NCBI GenBank assembly: GCA_016204465.1
Contig: JACQKQ010000012.1
Location: 16,769 to 80,768 of the forward strand
Source: Candidatus Levyibacteriota bacterium
GTDB lineage: Bacteria; Patescibacteriota; Microgenomatia; Levybacterales; UBA12049
Direction: 5' to 3'
Length of the DNA stretch: 64,000 nt
The notes under the pieces are model-generated. The model had not been told where the DNA came from and searched no databases. It saw only the letters and a list, made by a program, of their open reading frames with translations. This document shows, one piece after another, positions 11,681-22,371 of this stretch (its first letter is position 1; every line of letters starts with the position of its first letter). The position numbers were made by a program, and so were the translations under genes.

Positions 11681-12246
11681 CTGTACAAATTATGCTCCAT
11701 TATATACTGTTCAACCCCAATTGGTACGAGATGCGTTATCGACTTACCCTTCTTCACCCTCTCTCGAATTATCGTTGAAGAGATGTTCGTTGTGATCAGG
11801 TTTTTGTCTGCAACGACTTCAAACCCTTGTGGAATAGTTTCTGGCAAGCGGTGCGGATCCCTGGGGAAAACGAGAAACGTTGCAAGACTAAGCAGTTGTT
11901 CGGTTTTTTCCCACCGTTCCCATTCGGACAAAATATCAGACCCGACAATAAAATAAAATGTATCGTTTGGCTGAAGTCTTTTAAGTTCCAAAAGAGTATC
12001 TATTGTATATTTTCCACCTCTTCGCTGCATCTCCATATCCGAAATCGTAACTTTTTCACTTTCTAAATAATGCAGCATGTTGAACCGATGTTCTGCTGAC
12101 GCTTGAATCGGTTTCCACTGATGCTCGTACGCTGGCATAAGAAGAATCTGGTTAATATTTTTTCGAATCTCTCTGATTTGCTCAATAACAAAGTAATGGC
12201 CGATGTGCGGCGGATCAAAACTTCCGCCTAAAACAGCAATACTCAT
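11677..12246 (-). CDS. nadD: Nicotinate-nucleotide adenylyltransferase
   Basis: GGSFDPPHIGH, YTIDTL, FIVGSD, ISSTIIR. Confidence 0.96.
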   Translation of the reverse strand: MSIAVLGGSFDPPHIGHYFVIEQIREIRKNINQILLMPAYEHQWKPIQASAEHRFNMLHYLESEKVTISDMEMQRRGGKYTIDTLLELKRLQPNDTFYFIVGSDILSEWERWEKTEQLLSLATFLVFPRDPHRLPETIPQGFEVVADKNLITTNISSTIIRERVKKGKSITHLVPIGVEQYIMEHNLYR

Positions 12247-12306
12247 CTGCCCAATTATAACAAATTGCAAAAGGATTGCTTTGGGTGTATAATCCGCCCT
12301 ACTTTT

Positions 12307-12900
12307 ATGGTGCAGCGGTTTATTTTGGGTATCATAACGGTTATCTTGGCGATTGTCATCGGCGTTTCTGTGTACAATTCGTTTAAAGAGAGAAATCAAA
12401 CCAAGATTTCTGGTACAATGCCTTTGCCCACGCAAACAGCATCAAAGTTTCCTTCGGTGACGGCGACGCAGCCGTCTCAAGCAACAGTCAGCAAAGTAAA
12501 ACTTTTTTTTGTGAAGCTTAACGACAATGGCCAGTCGGGGAAGCGTATTGGCTGCGGAGACAGTATTATTGCAGTCAACAAAGATATTGCGCCTTCGACC
12601 ATGCCGCTTACCGCAGCATACCAAGTGCTTCTTACAATGCGCGAGCAGTACTATGGCGAGTCTCGTCTCTATAATCCGCTCTACCAATCAGATATCACAC
12701 TTGAGAGCGCAGAGGTAGGCAAAGGCGGTACTGCGATTGTTAAACTGAAAGGAACGCAAGCCATGTCTGGAGTTTGTGATGACCCACGGCTTATAGCGCA
12801 ACTTCAAGAAACTGCGTTACAGTTTCCATCTGTAACAGGTGTTCAGATTTCTATCAATGGTTACCCAATCGAACAATTACTGTCCGGAAAAGGTCAGTAG
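12307..12900 (+). CDS. Exported GerMN-like domain protein
   Basis: N-terminal TM; GVCDDPR..AQL..TALQFPSV..V.I.ING. Confidence 0.7.
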   Translation: MVQRFILGIITVILAIVIGVSVYNSFKERNQTKISGTMPLPTQTASKFPSVTATQPSQATVSKVKLFFVKLNDNGQSGKRIGCGDSIIAVNKDIAPSTMPLTAAYQVLLTMREQYYGESRLYNPLYQSDITLESAEVGKGGTAIVKLKGTQAMSGVCDDPRLIAQLQETALQFPSVTGVQISINGYPIEQLLSGKGQ

Positions 12901-13007
12901 CTATGGAAGATGACGAGTTCTGTTTTTAATTTGACCCTTGACTGATTTTAGTAAATAGTGTATTATGGCGTTAACCTTACAAGTTGTAGGGTGATTTTTT
13001 TAATATC

Positions 13008-14195
13008 ATGGCAGACGTTAAGAAATTTGTACGAACAAAACCACATGTAAATATCGGCACCATTGGCCACGTAGACCATGGTAAGACAACTCTTACAGCA
13101 GCAATCGCGACCGTCCTTTCCAAAAAGGGTATGGCGCAAGCAAAAAAATACGAAGATATTGACAATGCTCCAGAAGAAAAAGCACGCGGTGTTACGATTA
13201 ATATCACCCACATTGAATACGAGACCGAAAAGCGCCACTACGCGCACATTGACGCTCCAGGACATGCAGATTACATTAAGAACATGATTACAGGTGCTGC
13301 ACAAATGGATGGTGCAATTTTGGTAGTTTCGGCGCCAGACGGCCCAATGCCACAGACACGGGAGCATATTCTCTTAGCGCACCAGGTAGGAGTTCCGGTA
13401 ATTGTTGTATTTCTTAATAAAGTTGACATGGTGCAGGACGCAGAGCTTTTGGATCTTGTCGAGATGGAAGTAAGGGAGCTTTTAACCAAGTACCAATATC
13501 CAGGTAATGAAGTGCCAATTATTCGAGGGTCCGCTCTGAAGGCACTGGAAGGCGATGCCGAAGCAGAAAAACAAGTTATGCAACTTATGGATACGGTTGA
13601 TAGCTACATTCCAACACCTGCACGTGACGTTGATAAGCCCTTTATGATGGCAGTTGAGGACGTTTTTTCAATCAAGGGCCGAGGAACAGTTGTCACAGGC
13701 CGGGTCGAGAGAGGAAAAGTTAAGGTTAACGAAACAGTTGAGATAGTTGGTATCCGAAATACCAAATCAACTGTTGTTACAGGCGTTGAGATGTTTCGAA
13801 AGCAGCTTGATGAAGCGCAGGCAGGCGACAACGTTGGTTTACTGCTTCGCGGCATTGAAAAAACAGATGTTGAGAGGGGACAAGTTGTCGCAAAACCCGG
13901 CTCAATTACCCCCCACACTGAATTTGAGGCAGAAGTGTATATCTTGACCAAAGAAGAAGGTGGACGCCATACGCCATTCTTCACTGGGTATCGACCACAG
14001 TTTTACATTCGAACAACTGACGTAACAGCCGAGGTTGCCCTTCCGCAGGGTGTTGAGATGGTTATGCCGGGAGACAACACAAAAATGACAGTAAAACTTA
14101 TTGTGCCTGTTGCTTTAGAAGAAGGACTCCGATTTGCTATCCGCGAAGGCGGCAAAACAGTCGGCGCTGGAGTGATCAGTAAGATTATAAAATAA
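13008..14195 (+). CDS. tuf: Elongation factor Tu
   Basis: [25 protein letters not shown]. Confidence 0.99.
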   Translation: MADVKKFVRTKPHVNIGTIGHVDHGKTTLTAAIATVLSKKGMAQAKKYEDIDNAPEEKARGVTINITHIEYETEKRHYAHIDAPGHADYIKNMITGAAQMDGAILVVSAPDGPMPQTREHILLAHQVGVPVIVVFLNKVDMVQDAELLDLVEMEVRELLTKYQYPGNEVPIIRGSALKALEGDAEAEKQVMQLMDTVDSYIPTPARDVDKPFMMAVEDVFSIKGRGTVVTGRVERGKVKVNETVEIVGIRNTKSTVVTGVEMFRKQLDEAQAGDNVGLLLRGIEKTDVERGQVVAKPGSITPHTEFEAEVYILTKEEGGRHTPFFTGYRPQFYIRTTDVTAEVALPQGVEMVMPGDNTKMTVKLIVPVALEEGLRFAIREGGKTVGAGVISKIIK

Positions 14196-14245
14196 GTGAC
14201 TTAGTTTACCTAGGTTGCTTAAGTACCTCGATAACTAAAACCAGG

Positions 14246-14554
14246 ATGTCAAAAGGAAGAATTAGAGTACGTTTAAAAAGCTACGATAGCCGCGTTATTG
14301 ACGCTTGCTGTCAACAAATCTTAGATACGGCAATACGCACCGGTGCTAAGGTTGTAGGTCCGATCCCCCTTCCTACTCAGCGAAGCGTCTATGCGGTAAA
14401 CAAATCTCCATTCATAGACAAAGATGCCAGAGACCATTTTGAAATTCGTGTCCACAAACGGCTTATAGATATTGTTTCACCAACAGATAAGACAATTGAT
14501 AGTCTCACGCACTTGGAGTTGCCGGCAGGGGTTGACGTTGAAATCAAAATGTAG
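14246..14554 (+). CDS. rpsJ: 30S ribosomal protein S10
   Basis: GPIPLPT, HKRLIDI. Confidence 0.98.
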   Translation: MSKGRIRVRLKSYDSRVIDACCQQILDTAIRTGAKVVGPIPLPTQRSVYAVNKSPFIDKDARDHFEIRVHKRLIDIVSPTDKTIDSLTHLELPAGVDVEIKM

Positions 14555-14681
14555 TTGTTTCTGCTCTCAAAGTATAGTATAATAGTAAGTAACCTATGGA
14601 GGTGATAACGGCCTAATTCCTATTTCACGGAATTCACACGAATGGTAAGGTGGGTAGCCGAAATAGGCTACTTTTTTTGTT
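14555..14681 (+). promoter_or_regulatory. Internal promoter and terminator/antiterminator-like leader of rplC
   Basis: TTGTTT-17-TATAAT (14555-14583); hairpin GTAGCC-GAAATA-GGCTAC + T7 (14654-14678). Confidence 0.6.
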
Positions 14682-15314
14682 ATGATTACAGGGTTTATTG
14701 GAACAAAGATTGGACAGACACAAGGTTTTACACAAACTGGGGTACGTATTCCTATTTCCAAAGTGAGTGTAGTCTCACTGCCTATTGTTTCGATCAAGAC
14801 CAAAGAAAAAGACGGTTACACAGCGCTGCAGGTTAGTGTAGGAGCAAAGAAACGAGAAATTCCTATTAAAGAAGATAGTGTAACCATGCCAAACGTCGGT
14901 GACATTCTTAAAATAACAGAAGTAGTAAAACCAGGAGATATTGTTGACGTTACGGGTATTTCGAAGGGGAAGGGGTTTGCAGGAGTTGTCAAGAGGCATC
15001 ACTTTAAAGGTGGGCCGCGAACGCACGGCCAATCAGACAGGGAACGAGCGCCCGGATCAATCGGTCAAACAACAACACCAGGAAGAGTTTATAAAGGAAA
15101 ACGGATGGCTGGTCGAATGGGTCACAATAAGGTAACAGTAAAAAACCTTACGGTTATGGATGCAACAGACAACGAAATTGTCATTAAAGGGCTTATTCCT
15201 GGAATTATCAATGGTATCGTTATGATCAAAAAAGTCGGAGAAAGCAAGAAGTTTTCTCCGCTTTATAAAGTTCAGATTGAAGAAATAAAGGAAGGGATAA
15301 AAGATGCCAGCTAA
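14682..15314 (+). CDS. rplC: 50S ribosomal protein L3
   Basis: SKGKGFAGVVKRH, PGRVYKGKRMAG. Confidence 0.97.
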   Translation: MITGFIGTKIGQTQGFTQTGVRIPISKVSVVSLPIVSIKTKEKDGYTALQVSVGAKKREIPIKEDSVTMPNVGDILKITEVVKPGDIVDVTGISKGKGFAGVVKRHHFKGGPRTHGQSDRERAPGSIGQTTTPGRVYKGKRMAGRMGHNKVTVKNLTVMDATDNEIVIKGLIPGIINGIVMIKKVGESKKFSPLYKVQIEEIKEGIKDAS

Positions 15315-16053
15315 ACCAAAGTCAAAAATCAAAAGTCAAAAATCAAAGACTAACAAAAAGCCTGTAGCCACTATTGGTACTGTCAAAAAACCTGTTCGCG
15401 CTGCAAAAGGATTGACGGTTGATGTGTACGACATCAAAGGGAGTGTTGCTGGAACTATTTCCTTGCCAAAAGAAATTTTTGCTGCAAAAGTAAACTCGAG
15501 ACTTATGACCCAAGCGGTTCGCGTGTACCTTGCCAATCAGCGAAAGGGTACAGTATCGACAAAAACGCGTGGAGAAGTTATAGGCTCAACGCGTAAAATC
15601 TACCGGCAAAAAGGAACAGGAAGAGCGCGACATGGCGCTATCACAGCCCCAATCTTCGTTGGCGGCGGCGTTGTTTTTGGGCCAAAGCCTCGGGATTATG
15701 CGCTCAAGTTGCCGCAGAAAATGAAAAGAGCAGCACTTTTTTCTGCCATCAGTGCTAAAGTAAGCGATAATGCTGTAAGGGTTATTGCAGACCTTGAGAA
15801 AATTGCACCAAAAACAAAATCAATGGCAGCACTCGTTGATAAATTGCAGCTTGATTCTAACAAGAAGGTGCTTTTGGTTCTTCCTCAAAATGTTGATAAT
15901 GTGCTTCGCGCAGCGCGAAACATTCCAAATATTGAGATCATGCATGTTACCCAGCTTACTACTTACAAAGTACTTGAGAGCGTTTACATTCTTTTTATGC
16001 AGCAAGCACTAGATGCATTTTTAAAGCTGCGCAAAAAGGAGGAGAAGCAGTAA
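15304..16053 (+). CDS. rplD: 50S ribosomal protein L4 with basic N-terminal extension
   Basis: [21 protein letters not shown]. Confidence 0.97.
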   Translation: MPAKPKSKIKSQKSKTNKKPVATIGTVKKPVRAAKGLTVDVYDIKGSVAGTISLPKEIFAAKVNSRLMTQAVRVYLANQRKGTVSTKTRGEVIGSTRKIYRQKGTGRARHGAITAPIFVGGGVVFGPKPRDYALKLPQKMKRAALFSAISAKVSDNAVRVIADLEKIAPKTKSMAALVDKLQLDSNKKVLLVLPQNVDNVLRAARNIPNIEIMHVTQLTTYKVLESVYILFMQQALDAFLKLRKKEEKQ

Positions 16054-16349
16054 TGCAACAAGATGTTATTATTCGGCCGCTTATTACCGAACAGGCAACA
16101 AAAAAAGCAGAAAAGGGAAAGTTTACGTTCCACGTTGAAATTGGCGCCAATAAAACGGCAATCAAAAAAGCAATCGAAAAATCATTCTTGGTTCATGTGA
16201 CCGACGTTGCGACAATTATAGTCAAAGGACGCACTAAACGCACTGGTATGCGAAGGACAGAAAAGAAGCTTTCACCCTGGAAAAAAGCTGTGGTCACACT
16301 TAAAAAAGATGAAAAGATCGATCTTTTTCATGTTGGAGTAGATAAATAG
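16053..16349 (+). CDS. rplW: 50S ribosomal protein L23
   Basis: [13 protein letters not shown]; operon position. Confidence 0.96.
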   Translation: MQQDVIIRPLITEQATKKAEKGKFTFHVEIGANKTAIKKAIEKSFLVHVTDVATIIVKGRTKRTGMRRTEKKLSPWKKAVVTLKKDEKIDLFHVGVDK

Positions 16350-16350
16350 T

Positions 16351-17091
16351 ATGGTTAAGTTAAAAGTGATTAAAAAGAAAAAATCAGGAAGAGACAGAAG
16401 CGGACAGGTTGTGGTGCGCCATCAGGGCGGAGAGCATAAACGGTTTTTGCGGACAGTAGACTTCAAGCGCGATAAAATTGGCATCTTGGGCAAAATTGTT
16501 TCAATAGAATACGATCCAAACCGCACCGTATCAATTGCGCTTGTGCAATATGCCGACGGCGAGAAGCGGTACATACTTTGTCCGCAGGGGCTTGCGCTTC
16601 GGGACAAGGTTATATCTGGAAAAGACGCAGACATTAAGGTTGGTAACGCACTTGCCTTGTCGGCGATACCCCTTGGCACGGTCGTACACAATATTGAGTT
16701 AACACCTGGCCGAGGAGGGCAAATGGCACGAAGTGCCGGCACAGCAGCGACGGTTGCTGCTCATGAAGGCGGATATATACATCTTAAATTGCCATCTGGC
16801 GAGATTCGGCGAGTCAGTTCAGGCGGGTTTGCAACTATTGGACAACTTGGGAATATTAATTGGAAAGACAGGGTTATTGGCAAAGCAGGCCGCAGCCGAC
16901 GTATGGGTATTAGGCCGAAGGTTCGCGGTGTTGCAATGAATCCGCGCTCTCACCCACACGGTGGAGGAGAAGCACGAAGCGGCATTGGCATGACAACGCC
17001 AAAAACCTATGCAGGCAGACCTGCTGTTGGGAACACACGAAAAGCCAACAAATATTCGGACAAATACATTTTGCAAAGGAGAAAAAAATAG
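16351..17091 (+). CDS. rplB: 50S ribosomal protein L2 (short N-terminus)
   Basis: [23 protein letters not shown]. Confidence 0.97.
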   Translation: MVKLKVIKKKKSGRDRSGQVVVRHQGGEHKRFLRTVDFKRDKIGILGKIVSIEYDPNRTVSIALVQYADGEKRYILCPQGLALRDKVISGKDADIKVGNALALSAIPLGTVVHNIELTPGRGGQMARSAGTAATVAAHEGGYIHLKLPSGEIRRVSSGGFATIGQLGNINWKDRVIGKAGRSRRMGIRPKVRGVAMNPRSHPHGGGEARSGIGMTTPKTYAGRPAVGNTRKANKYSDKYILQRRKK

Positions 17092-17375
17092 TGAGTAGGA
17101 GTGCAAAGAAGGGTCCTTATGTAGATCAAAAGCTTCTAAAGAAGGTGCTCGTACAAAAGCAGGTAGGCGACCGTGGGTCTATAAAAACATGGGCAAGGGC
17201 CAGTCAAATTCCGCCTGAATTTGTAGGCCATACGATTGCAGTCCATAACGGCCGGATTTTTATCAACGTATTTGTTGTTGAGGCAATGGTTGGGTATAGG
17301 CTTGGTGAATTTGCGCCAACAAGGACATTTCGATCACATGGTAAAGTTGTTGCTAGGGAAATCTCTAAAACGTAA
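17091..17375 (+). CDS. rpsS: 30S ribosomal protein S19
   Basis: [17 protein letters not shown]. Confidence 0.97.
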   Translation: MSRSAKKGPYVDQKLLKKVLVQKQVGDRGSIKTWARASQIPPEFVGHTIAVHNGRIFINVFVVEAMVGYRLGEFAPTRTFRSHGKVVAREISKT

Positions 17376-17417
17376 TTCCTAAAACAATGAACAAATAATT
17401 AATAACTTTTTTAGAGT

Positions 17418-17804
17418 ATGGAAGTTACAGCATATACAAAATCAGTTCGCATCAGTCCACGAAAGGTTCGGCTTATCGCCGATGTAATTCGGGAAAAAAC
17501 AGCAGATGATGCATTGCGGCTTCTTGCAGCGGTGCAAAAGCGCGCTGCCAACCCGCTTGAGAAAACGATAAAAAGTGCAATTGCAAATGCAGTGCATAAT
17601 AAAAAAATTGCAAAAGAGAACCTTGTTATAAAACGGCTTGAAGTAACAGAAGGAACTGCGCTTAAGCGCTACCATCCATCAACAAGAGGAAGGATTCATC
17701 CGTATAAAAAACGAAGCAGCCACATTAAAATTGTCTTAACAGACAACAAAAATCAAAAATCAAAAATCTCGCCTCGCGGCAAAGCAGGCAAATTGCAAAT
17801 ATGA
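17418..17804 (+). CDS. rplV: 50S ribosomal protein L22
   Basis: RISPRKVRL, SAIANA. Confidence 0.97.
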   Translation: MEVTAYTKSVRISPRKVRLIADVIREKTADDALRLLAAVQKRAANPLEKTIKSAIANAVHNKKIAKENLVIKRLEVTEGTALKRYHPSTRGRIHPYKKRSSHIKIVLTDNKNQKSKISPRGKAGKLQI

Positions 17805-17843
17805 GATTACGTATTGGAAATTCAGCGACGAAAGGAGCGTTAT

Positions 17844-18494
17844 ATGGGACAGAAAGTTAATCCGCAGTTGCTGCGGCTTGGCCCGGTATACAACTGGGAC
17901 AGCCGTTGGTTTGCAAAGAAGCGGTACAAGGACATTTTGCTTGAGGACTACCATATTCGAAAAGCATTGCTTGCGCGGCTAAGATTGGCCGGAATTTCCC
18001 GTGTTGAGATTGAACGTTCAATCAACAGTATCAAAATTACGGCATATGTCTCAAGGCCAGGTATTGTTATTGGTAGAGCTGGCAGCGGACTTGAAGAGTT
18101 AAAAAAGTTTCTCATAATAGTAATGGATCAGTTTCAAAAAAACGTAAAACAAAAGCCAAAGGTTGACATTCGAGTTGAACCGGTGAAAGAGCCTAATCTC
18201 GACGCATACTTGGTTGCTAAAAATATTGCAGACCAGTTGGTACGGCGTTTACCCTACAAGCGAATCCTCGCACAAGCATCTGAAAAAGTTATGACCTCTG
18301 GTGCCAAGGGCGTAAGAATTCTGCTGTCTGGAAGAATTGCGGGCGCAGAGATCGGAAGACGGGAAAAAATCCAGAAAGGAACCGTACCGCTCTCAACAAT
18401 ACGGGAGCATATCCAGTTTGCATCGGTTGCGGCGCTTACAAAAAAAGGATACATCGGTATTAAAGTTTGGATACATAGGCCGGAGGAAAAATAA
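17844..18494 (+). CDS. rpsC: 30S ribosomal protein S3
   Basis: MGQKVNP, RPGIVIG, SGRIAGAEI. Confidence 0.97.
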   Translation: MGQKVNPQLLRLGPVYNWDSRWFAKKRYKDILLEDYHIRKALLARLRLAGISRVEIERSINSIKITAYVSRPGIVIGRAGSGLEELKKFLIIVMDQFQKNVKQKPKVDIRVEPVKEPNLDAYLVAKNIADQLVRRLPYKRILAQASEKVMTSGAKGVRILLSGRIAGAEIGRREKIQKGTVPLSTIREHIQFASVAALTKKGYIGIKVWIHRPEEK

Positions 18495-18527
18495 ATATAT
18501 GAATAATTACCGACTATTGGGAGGTTT

Positions 18528-18932
18528 ATGTTAGTTCCAAAACGAGCAAAATACAGAAAGCAAATGCGTGGGACAATGAAAGGTATTGCATATAGAGGCA
18601 CTAAAATTACATTTGGTGAATATGGCCTTTCGTCAACGACGGGAGGTTGGGTAACCGCCCATCAAATTGAGGCAGCACGGCGGGCAATTACCCATTTTAC
18701 GCAGCGTGGTGGAAGACTTTGGATACGGATTTTTCCTGATAAGCCTATTACCAAAAAACCTCCGGAAACGCGCATGGGCAGCGGTAAGGGAGACGTGTAC
18801 GAATACGTTGCGGTGGTAAAGCCGGGAAGGGTGCTTTTTGAAATTGGAGGGGTTCCAAAGACGATAGCCGAAGCCGCCTTACTACTTGCAGCACACAAAT
18901 TACCGGTACGAACCCGCTTTATTATGAAGTAA
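18528..18932 (+). CDS. rplP: 50S ribosomal protein L16
   Basis: RIFPDKP, RMGSGKG. Confidence 0.98.
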   Translation: MLVPKRAKYRKQMRGTMKGIAYRGTKITFGEYGLSSTTGGWVTAHQIEAARRAITHFTQRGGRLWIRIFPDKPITKKPPETRMGSGKGDVYEYVAVVKPGRVLFEIGGVPKTIAEAALLLAAHKLPVRTRFIMK

Positions 18933-18936
18933 ACAA

Positions 18937-19143
18937 ATGAAAACAAAAGACAAAAAAGACCTACATACAAAGACAGTAGAAGAATTGAGAGCAATACTCA
19001 AGGAGGCAAAAGCAGCGCTTTCGCTTATAAAACTTGAGAAAACGCAGCTCATGTTGAAAAACACAAGTTCGTACGCGCGAAAGCGAAAAGAAGTTGCTCA
19101 AATTGGTACAATATTGCGAGAAAAAGAGCTGACAAAAAAATAA
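18937..19143 (+). CDS. rpmC: 50S ribosomal protein L29
   Basis: Size, position, [11 protein letters not shown]. Confidence 0.9.
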   Translation: MKTKDKKDLHTKTVEELRAILKEAKAALSLIKLEKTQLMLKNTSSYARKRKEVAQIGTILREKELTKK

Positions 19144-19146
19144 CCT

Positions 19147-19557
19147 ATGAAAAAATTTGATGGCATTGTTGTTTCGGCAAAAACACAAAATACAGCGATA
19201 GTTTCGGTGTCTCGAAAGATTAGGCATCCACTTTACAAGAAACTTTTAACAAGAACGAAAAATTTTAAGGCTGATACAGACGGTATTGCAGTTACAATTG
19301 GGCAAACAGTGCAGATTATGGAAACACGACCAATTTCTAAAGACAAACACTTTAAAATACTTAAAGTTGTTGATAAGACACCACGCATCAAACTTATAGG
19401 CGAAGAGAAAGCAATGCACGATGTATTGGGCGAGGACAAAAAGATTGCAATCAGTAAAGACGCTGTTTTACATACTGTTGACGCTAAAAAGAAAAAACAA
19501 AGAAGAACAACCCGCCTTGCCGCGAGGCAGGTGGTTGTAAGGAAAAGAAAGGAGTAA
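19147..19557 (+). CDS. rpsQ: 30S ribosomal protein S17 with C-terminal extension
   Basis: HPLYKK, ETRPISKDK. Confidence 0.95.
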   Translation: MKKFDGIVVSAKTQNTAIVSVSRKIRHPLYKKLLTRTKNFKADTDGIAVTIGQTVQIMETRPISKDKHFKILKVVDKTPRIKLIGEEKAMHDVLGEDKKIAISKDAVLHTVDAKKKKQRRTTRLAARQVVVRKRKE

Positions 19558-19562
19558 ATTTA

Positions 19563-19937
19563 ATGATTCAAACACGTACAGCACTCACCGTTGCAGATAA
19601 TTCAGGGGCCAAAAAGCTTGTCGTTATTCATATTTTTGGCGGATCGAAACGAAAGTACGGATATCCGGGAGATATGCTCAATTGCGTTGTTAAGCAAGCT
19701 TTGCCAACAGGTCAAGTAAAAGAGGGAGAGATGGTTAAGGCGGTTCTTGTTAGAGCAAGAAAAGAGTTTCGACGTCCGGATGGTTCATCTATTCGTTTTT
19801 CCGATAATGCGGGCGTTTTAATTGACAATCCAAAAGATAAAAATCCGCGAGGAACACGTATTTTTGGCCCGATCGCGCGTGAGGTTAAAAACAAAGGATA
19901 TGCTAAAATTGCCAGTATGGCAATAGAGATAGTATGA
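19563..19937 (+). CDS. rplN: 50S ribosomal protein L14
   Basis: VADNSGAK, GTRIFGP. Confidence 0.98.
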   Translation: MIQTRTALTVADNSGAKKLVVIHIFGGSKRKYGYPGDMLNCVVKQALPTGQVKEGEMVKAVLVRARKEFRRPDGSSIRFSDNAGVLIDNPKDKNPRGTRIFGPIAREVKNKGYAKIASMAIEIV

Positions 19938-20272
19938 AAAAAAGTTCAAAGTTCAAAGTTAAAAGTTCAAAGTTACAAAAGGGGGATGAGGTGAAGATTG
20001 TTCGAGGCAGGGATAAAGGGAAAACGGGAAAAATTAATAAGGTATTTCCCAGGGTATCTAAAGTGCTTGTCCCTGGGGTTAATGAGTTTAAGCGGCATTC
20101 GAAAGCTAGGACGCAGTCACAAAAATCTGAAATTATTACAATTGTTAAGCCACTCCCTATTGCAAGCGTAGCGCTTATCTGTCCTAAGTGTCACGAGCCA
20201 ACACGCGTTGGTTTTTCGATGCTGGAAGGAAAGAAAACACGTATTTGTAAAAAGTGCCAACAAACATTATGA
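19934..20272 (+). CDS. rplX: 50S ribosomal protein L24, repeat-derived N-terminus
   Basis: KOW motif KGDEVKIVRGRDKGKTG. Confidence 0.96.
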   Translation: MKKSSKFKVKSSKLQKGDEVKIVRGRDKGKTGKINKVFPRVSKVLVPGVNEFKRHSKARTQSQKSEIITIVKPLPIASVALICPKCHEPTRVGFSMLEGKKTRICKKCQQTL

Positions 20273-20820
20273 CTAACCTGCAAAAAAAATACCATTCAGA
20301 TATCATTCCCGGTTTACAGGCAAAACTTGCTATCGAAAATTCGATGTCAGTACCTAAACTTTCTAAAATTGTTGTGAACGCGGGTGTAAAGGATGCAATT
20401 TCTGATAAGAGAAATATGGAAAGGGCGGTTGCAGTACTAACGCAAATAGCAGGTCAGAAACCAAAAATAGCGAAAGCAAAAAAATCAATCGCTACATTTA
20501 AGCTGCGCAAAGGAGATGCAATCGGGGCTTTTGTGACACTTCGGGGTAAGCGTATGTATGATTTTTTTGAGAAGTTAGTTTCTATTGTGCTTCCTCGACT
20601 TCGTGATTTCCACGGAGTTTCCAAAGATCAATTTGACGGACGTGGTAATTATACCATTGGGTTTTCAGAGCACACTGTATTTCCAGAGATTGACCCAGGG
20701 AAGGCTGATAAAATTGTTGGTCTTGAGGTAACCGTTGTTACAACAGCAAGAAATAATCAAGAAGGCAGCGCGCTTTTGGAAGCACTTGGCATGCCGTTTC
20801 AAAAAGGAGCTAAGGACTAA
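20269..20820 (+). CDS. rplE: 50S ribosomal protein L5
   Basis: PKLSKIVVN, VTLRG, FDGRGNY. Confidence 0.97.
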   Translation: MTNLQKKYHSDIIPGLQAKLAIENSMSVPKLSKIVVNAGVKDAISDKRNMERAVAVLTQIAGQKPKIAKAKKSIATFKLRKGDAIGAFVTLRGKRMYDFFEKLVSIVLPRLRDFHGVSKDQFDGRGNYTIGFSEHTVFPEIDPGKADKIVGLEVTVVTTARNNQEGSALLEALGMPFQKGAKD

Positions 20821-20878
20821 AAGATTACAGAGATAAATAAGTTCTTTATCGCTCAAATCTTGTAATCTTTAAGTCTTA
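20811..20878. repeat. Octamer-periodic inverted repeat between rplE and S14 gene
   Basis: TAAGGACTAAAAGATTACA pairs with TGTAATCTTTAAGTCTTA. Confidence 0.7.
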
Positions 20879-20885
20879 AAAAGTT

Positions 20886-21071
20886 ATGGCGAAAGTATCG
20901 GATATCGTAAAATTTAAAAAGAAACAAAAGTTTTCGGTTCGCAAGCGTAACCGTTGCAATATTTGTGGAAGGTCTCGCGGGTACATGCGAAGATTCGGTT
21001 TGTGCCGGATGTGTTTTCGAGAAATGGCAACTCGCGGTGAGCTTCCGGGGGTAAGAAAGGCGAGTTGGTAA
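20886..21071 (+). CDS. rpsN: 30S ribosomal protein S14, zinc-binding type
   Basis: 61 aa, CNICGR...CRMCFRE. Confidence 0.97.
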   Translation: MAKVSDIVKFKKKQKFSVRKRNRCNICGRSRGYMRRFGLCRMCFREMATRGELPGVRKASW

Positions 21072-21075
21072 ATAT

Positions 21076-21462
21076 ATGTACACTATTGCTGATTTTGTAA
21101 TAAAAATAAAAAATGCCGCAAGAGCTGGGCGACAGGTAGTTACTATGCCCTACTCTTCTGCGACAGCGGAAATAGGTGCAATCCTTGTCAAGGAAGGGTT
21201 TCTAAAAAGTCTCAAAGAGGAAACAGCTAATAACAAGAAAGTTATTGTGGCGACCCTACAGTACGAAAAGCGCATTCCTGCGGTTTCCGACGTTGCTATT
21301 TTATCAAAACCATCTCATCATGTGTACATGAAGGCAAATCGAATAGGTGCGCTAAGACGATCGCTTGGAGTTGAAGTGCTTTCGACAAATCAAGGATACA
21401 TGAACGCAAGAGAAGCAAAAAAGAAAGGAGTAGGAGGAGAATTGCTCTTTAGGATATGGTAG
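21076..21462 (+). CDS. rpsH: 30S ribosomal protein S8
   Basis: LSTNQG, GVGGELL. Confidence 0.95.
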   Translation: MYTIADFVIKIKNAARAGRQVVTMPYSSATAEIGAILVKEGFLKSLKEETANNKKVIVATLQYEKRIPAVSDVAILSKPSHHVYMKANRIGALRRSLGVEVLSTNQGYMNAREAKKKGVGGELLFRIW

Positions 21463-21464
21463 CT

Positions 21465-22019
21465 ATGTCAAAGATAGGGAGAATACCAGTTATGATTCCG
21501 ACAGGCGTCACTGTTACTATAACTGGAAACACTTTGGAGGCAGTTGGCCCGAAAGGTACAATTACATATGTTATACCTGCTGGCACGACAGTAAAGGTTG
21601 ATGGCGACAAGATACAAGTTACGAACACAAAAGAAGCAGGAGAAAATGCAAGTGTTTTGCAGGGTTTAGTACGTGCATCAATAGCAAATCTTGTCAAAGG
21701 AGTAGAAACGGGATTTGAGAAGAAACTTGAGCTTTCTGGAGTTGGGTACAGGGCAAGCATCTTAGGGAAGGACATTACGCTTTCTGTTGGGTTTTCTCAC
21801 CAGGTAAAGGTAACCGCGCCAGAGGGTATTACCTATAGCATACATGAAAATATTATTAGTGTTTCTGGAACAAATAAGCAACTTGTTGGTGATATAGCAG
21901 CAAAGATTCGTGCAATCCGTCCGCCAGAGCCATACAAAGGTAAGGGAATACGCTATGTTGGTGAAGTGGTAAGAAGAAAAGCAGGAAAAGCAGCAAAACT
22001 TATCGGAGGAGTAAAATAA
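21465..22019 (+). CDS. rplF: 50S ribosomal protein L6
   Basis: MSKIG, PEPYKGKGIRY. Confidence 0.97.
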   Translation: MSKIGRIPVMIPTGVTVTITGNTLEAVGPKGTITYVIPAGTTVKVDGDKIQVTNTKEAGENASVLQGLVRASIANLVKGVETGFEKKLELSGVGYRASILGKDITLSVGFSHQVKVTAPEGITYSIHENIISVSGTNKQLVGDIAAKIRAIRPPEPYKGKGIRYVGEVVRRKAGKAAKLIGGVK

Positions 22020-22023
22020 ATAT

Positions 22024-22371
22024 ATGAATAATAATCAGCCAGTAAAGAGAAGAAAAAAAAGGATAAGATCGAAAATTATAGGTACGTCAAAGAGACCGCG
22101 GCTTTCGGTGTTTAGGTCAAATAAATATATGTATGCACAGATTATTGATGACGAGAGGCAAAAGACAATTGTTGGCGTATCGGAAAAAGAGCTCGCACAA
22201 AAAGAAAAGGTAACAAAAGTGACTCGGGCGCAAGCGCTTGGAGAACAGCTTGCAAAAAAAGTAAAAAAATATAAGATTACAAGAGTTGTTTTCGACCGAG
22301 GAAGCTATAAGTATCACGGGAGAGTTAAGGCTGTAGCTCTTGGTGCGCAAAAAGGAGGATTGCAATTTTAA
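22024..22371 (+). CDS. rplR: 50S ribosomal protein L18
   Basis: RPRLSVFRSN, FDRGSYKYHGRV. Confidence 0.97.
   Translation: MNNNQPVKRRKKRIRSKIIGTSKRPRLSVFRSNKYMYAQIIDDERQKTIVGVSEKELAQKEKVTKVTRAQALGEQLAKKVKKYKITRVVFDRGSYKYHGRVKAVALGAQKGGLQF

Noticed and set aside
14196..14245. Possible 9-mer array between tuf and rpsJ (also 40786-40812 in recX)
   Set aside because: Periodicity is too degenerate to call by eye.
17802..17804. Alternative genetic code 25 (TGA=Gly)
   Set aside because: TGA ends genes at expected positions (rplN, rplX, recX) and no conserved gene is interrupted by it.
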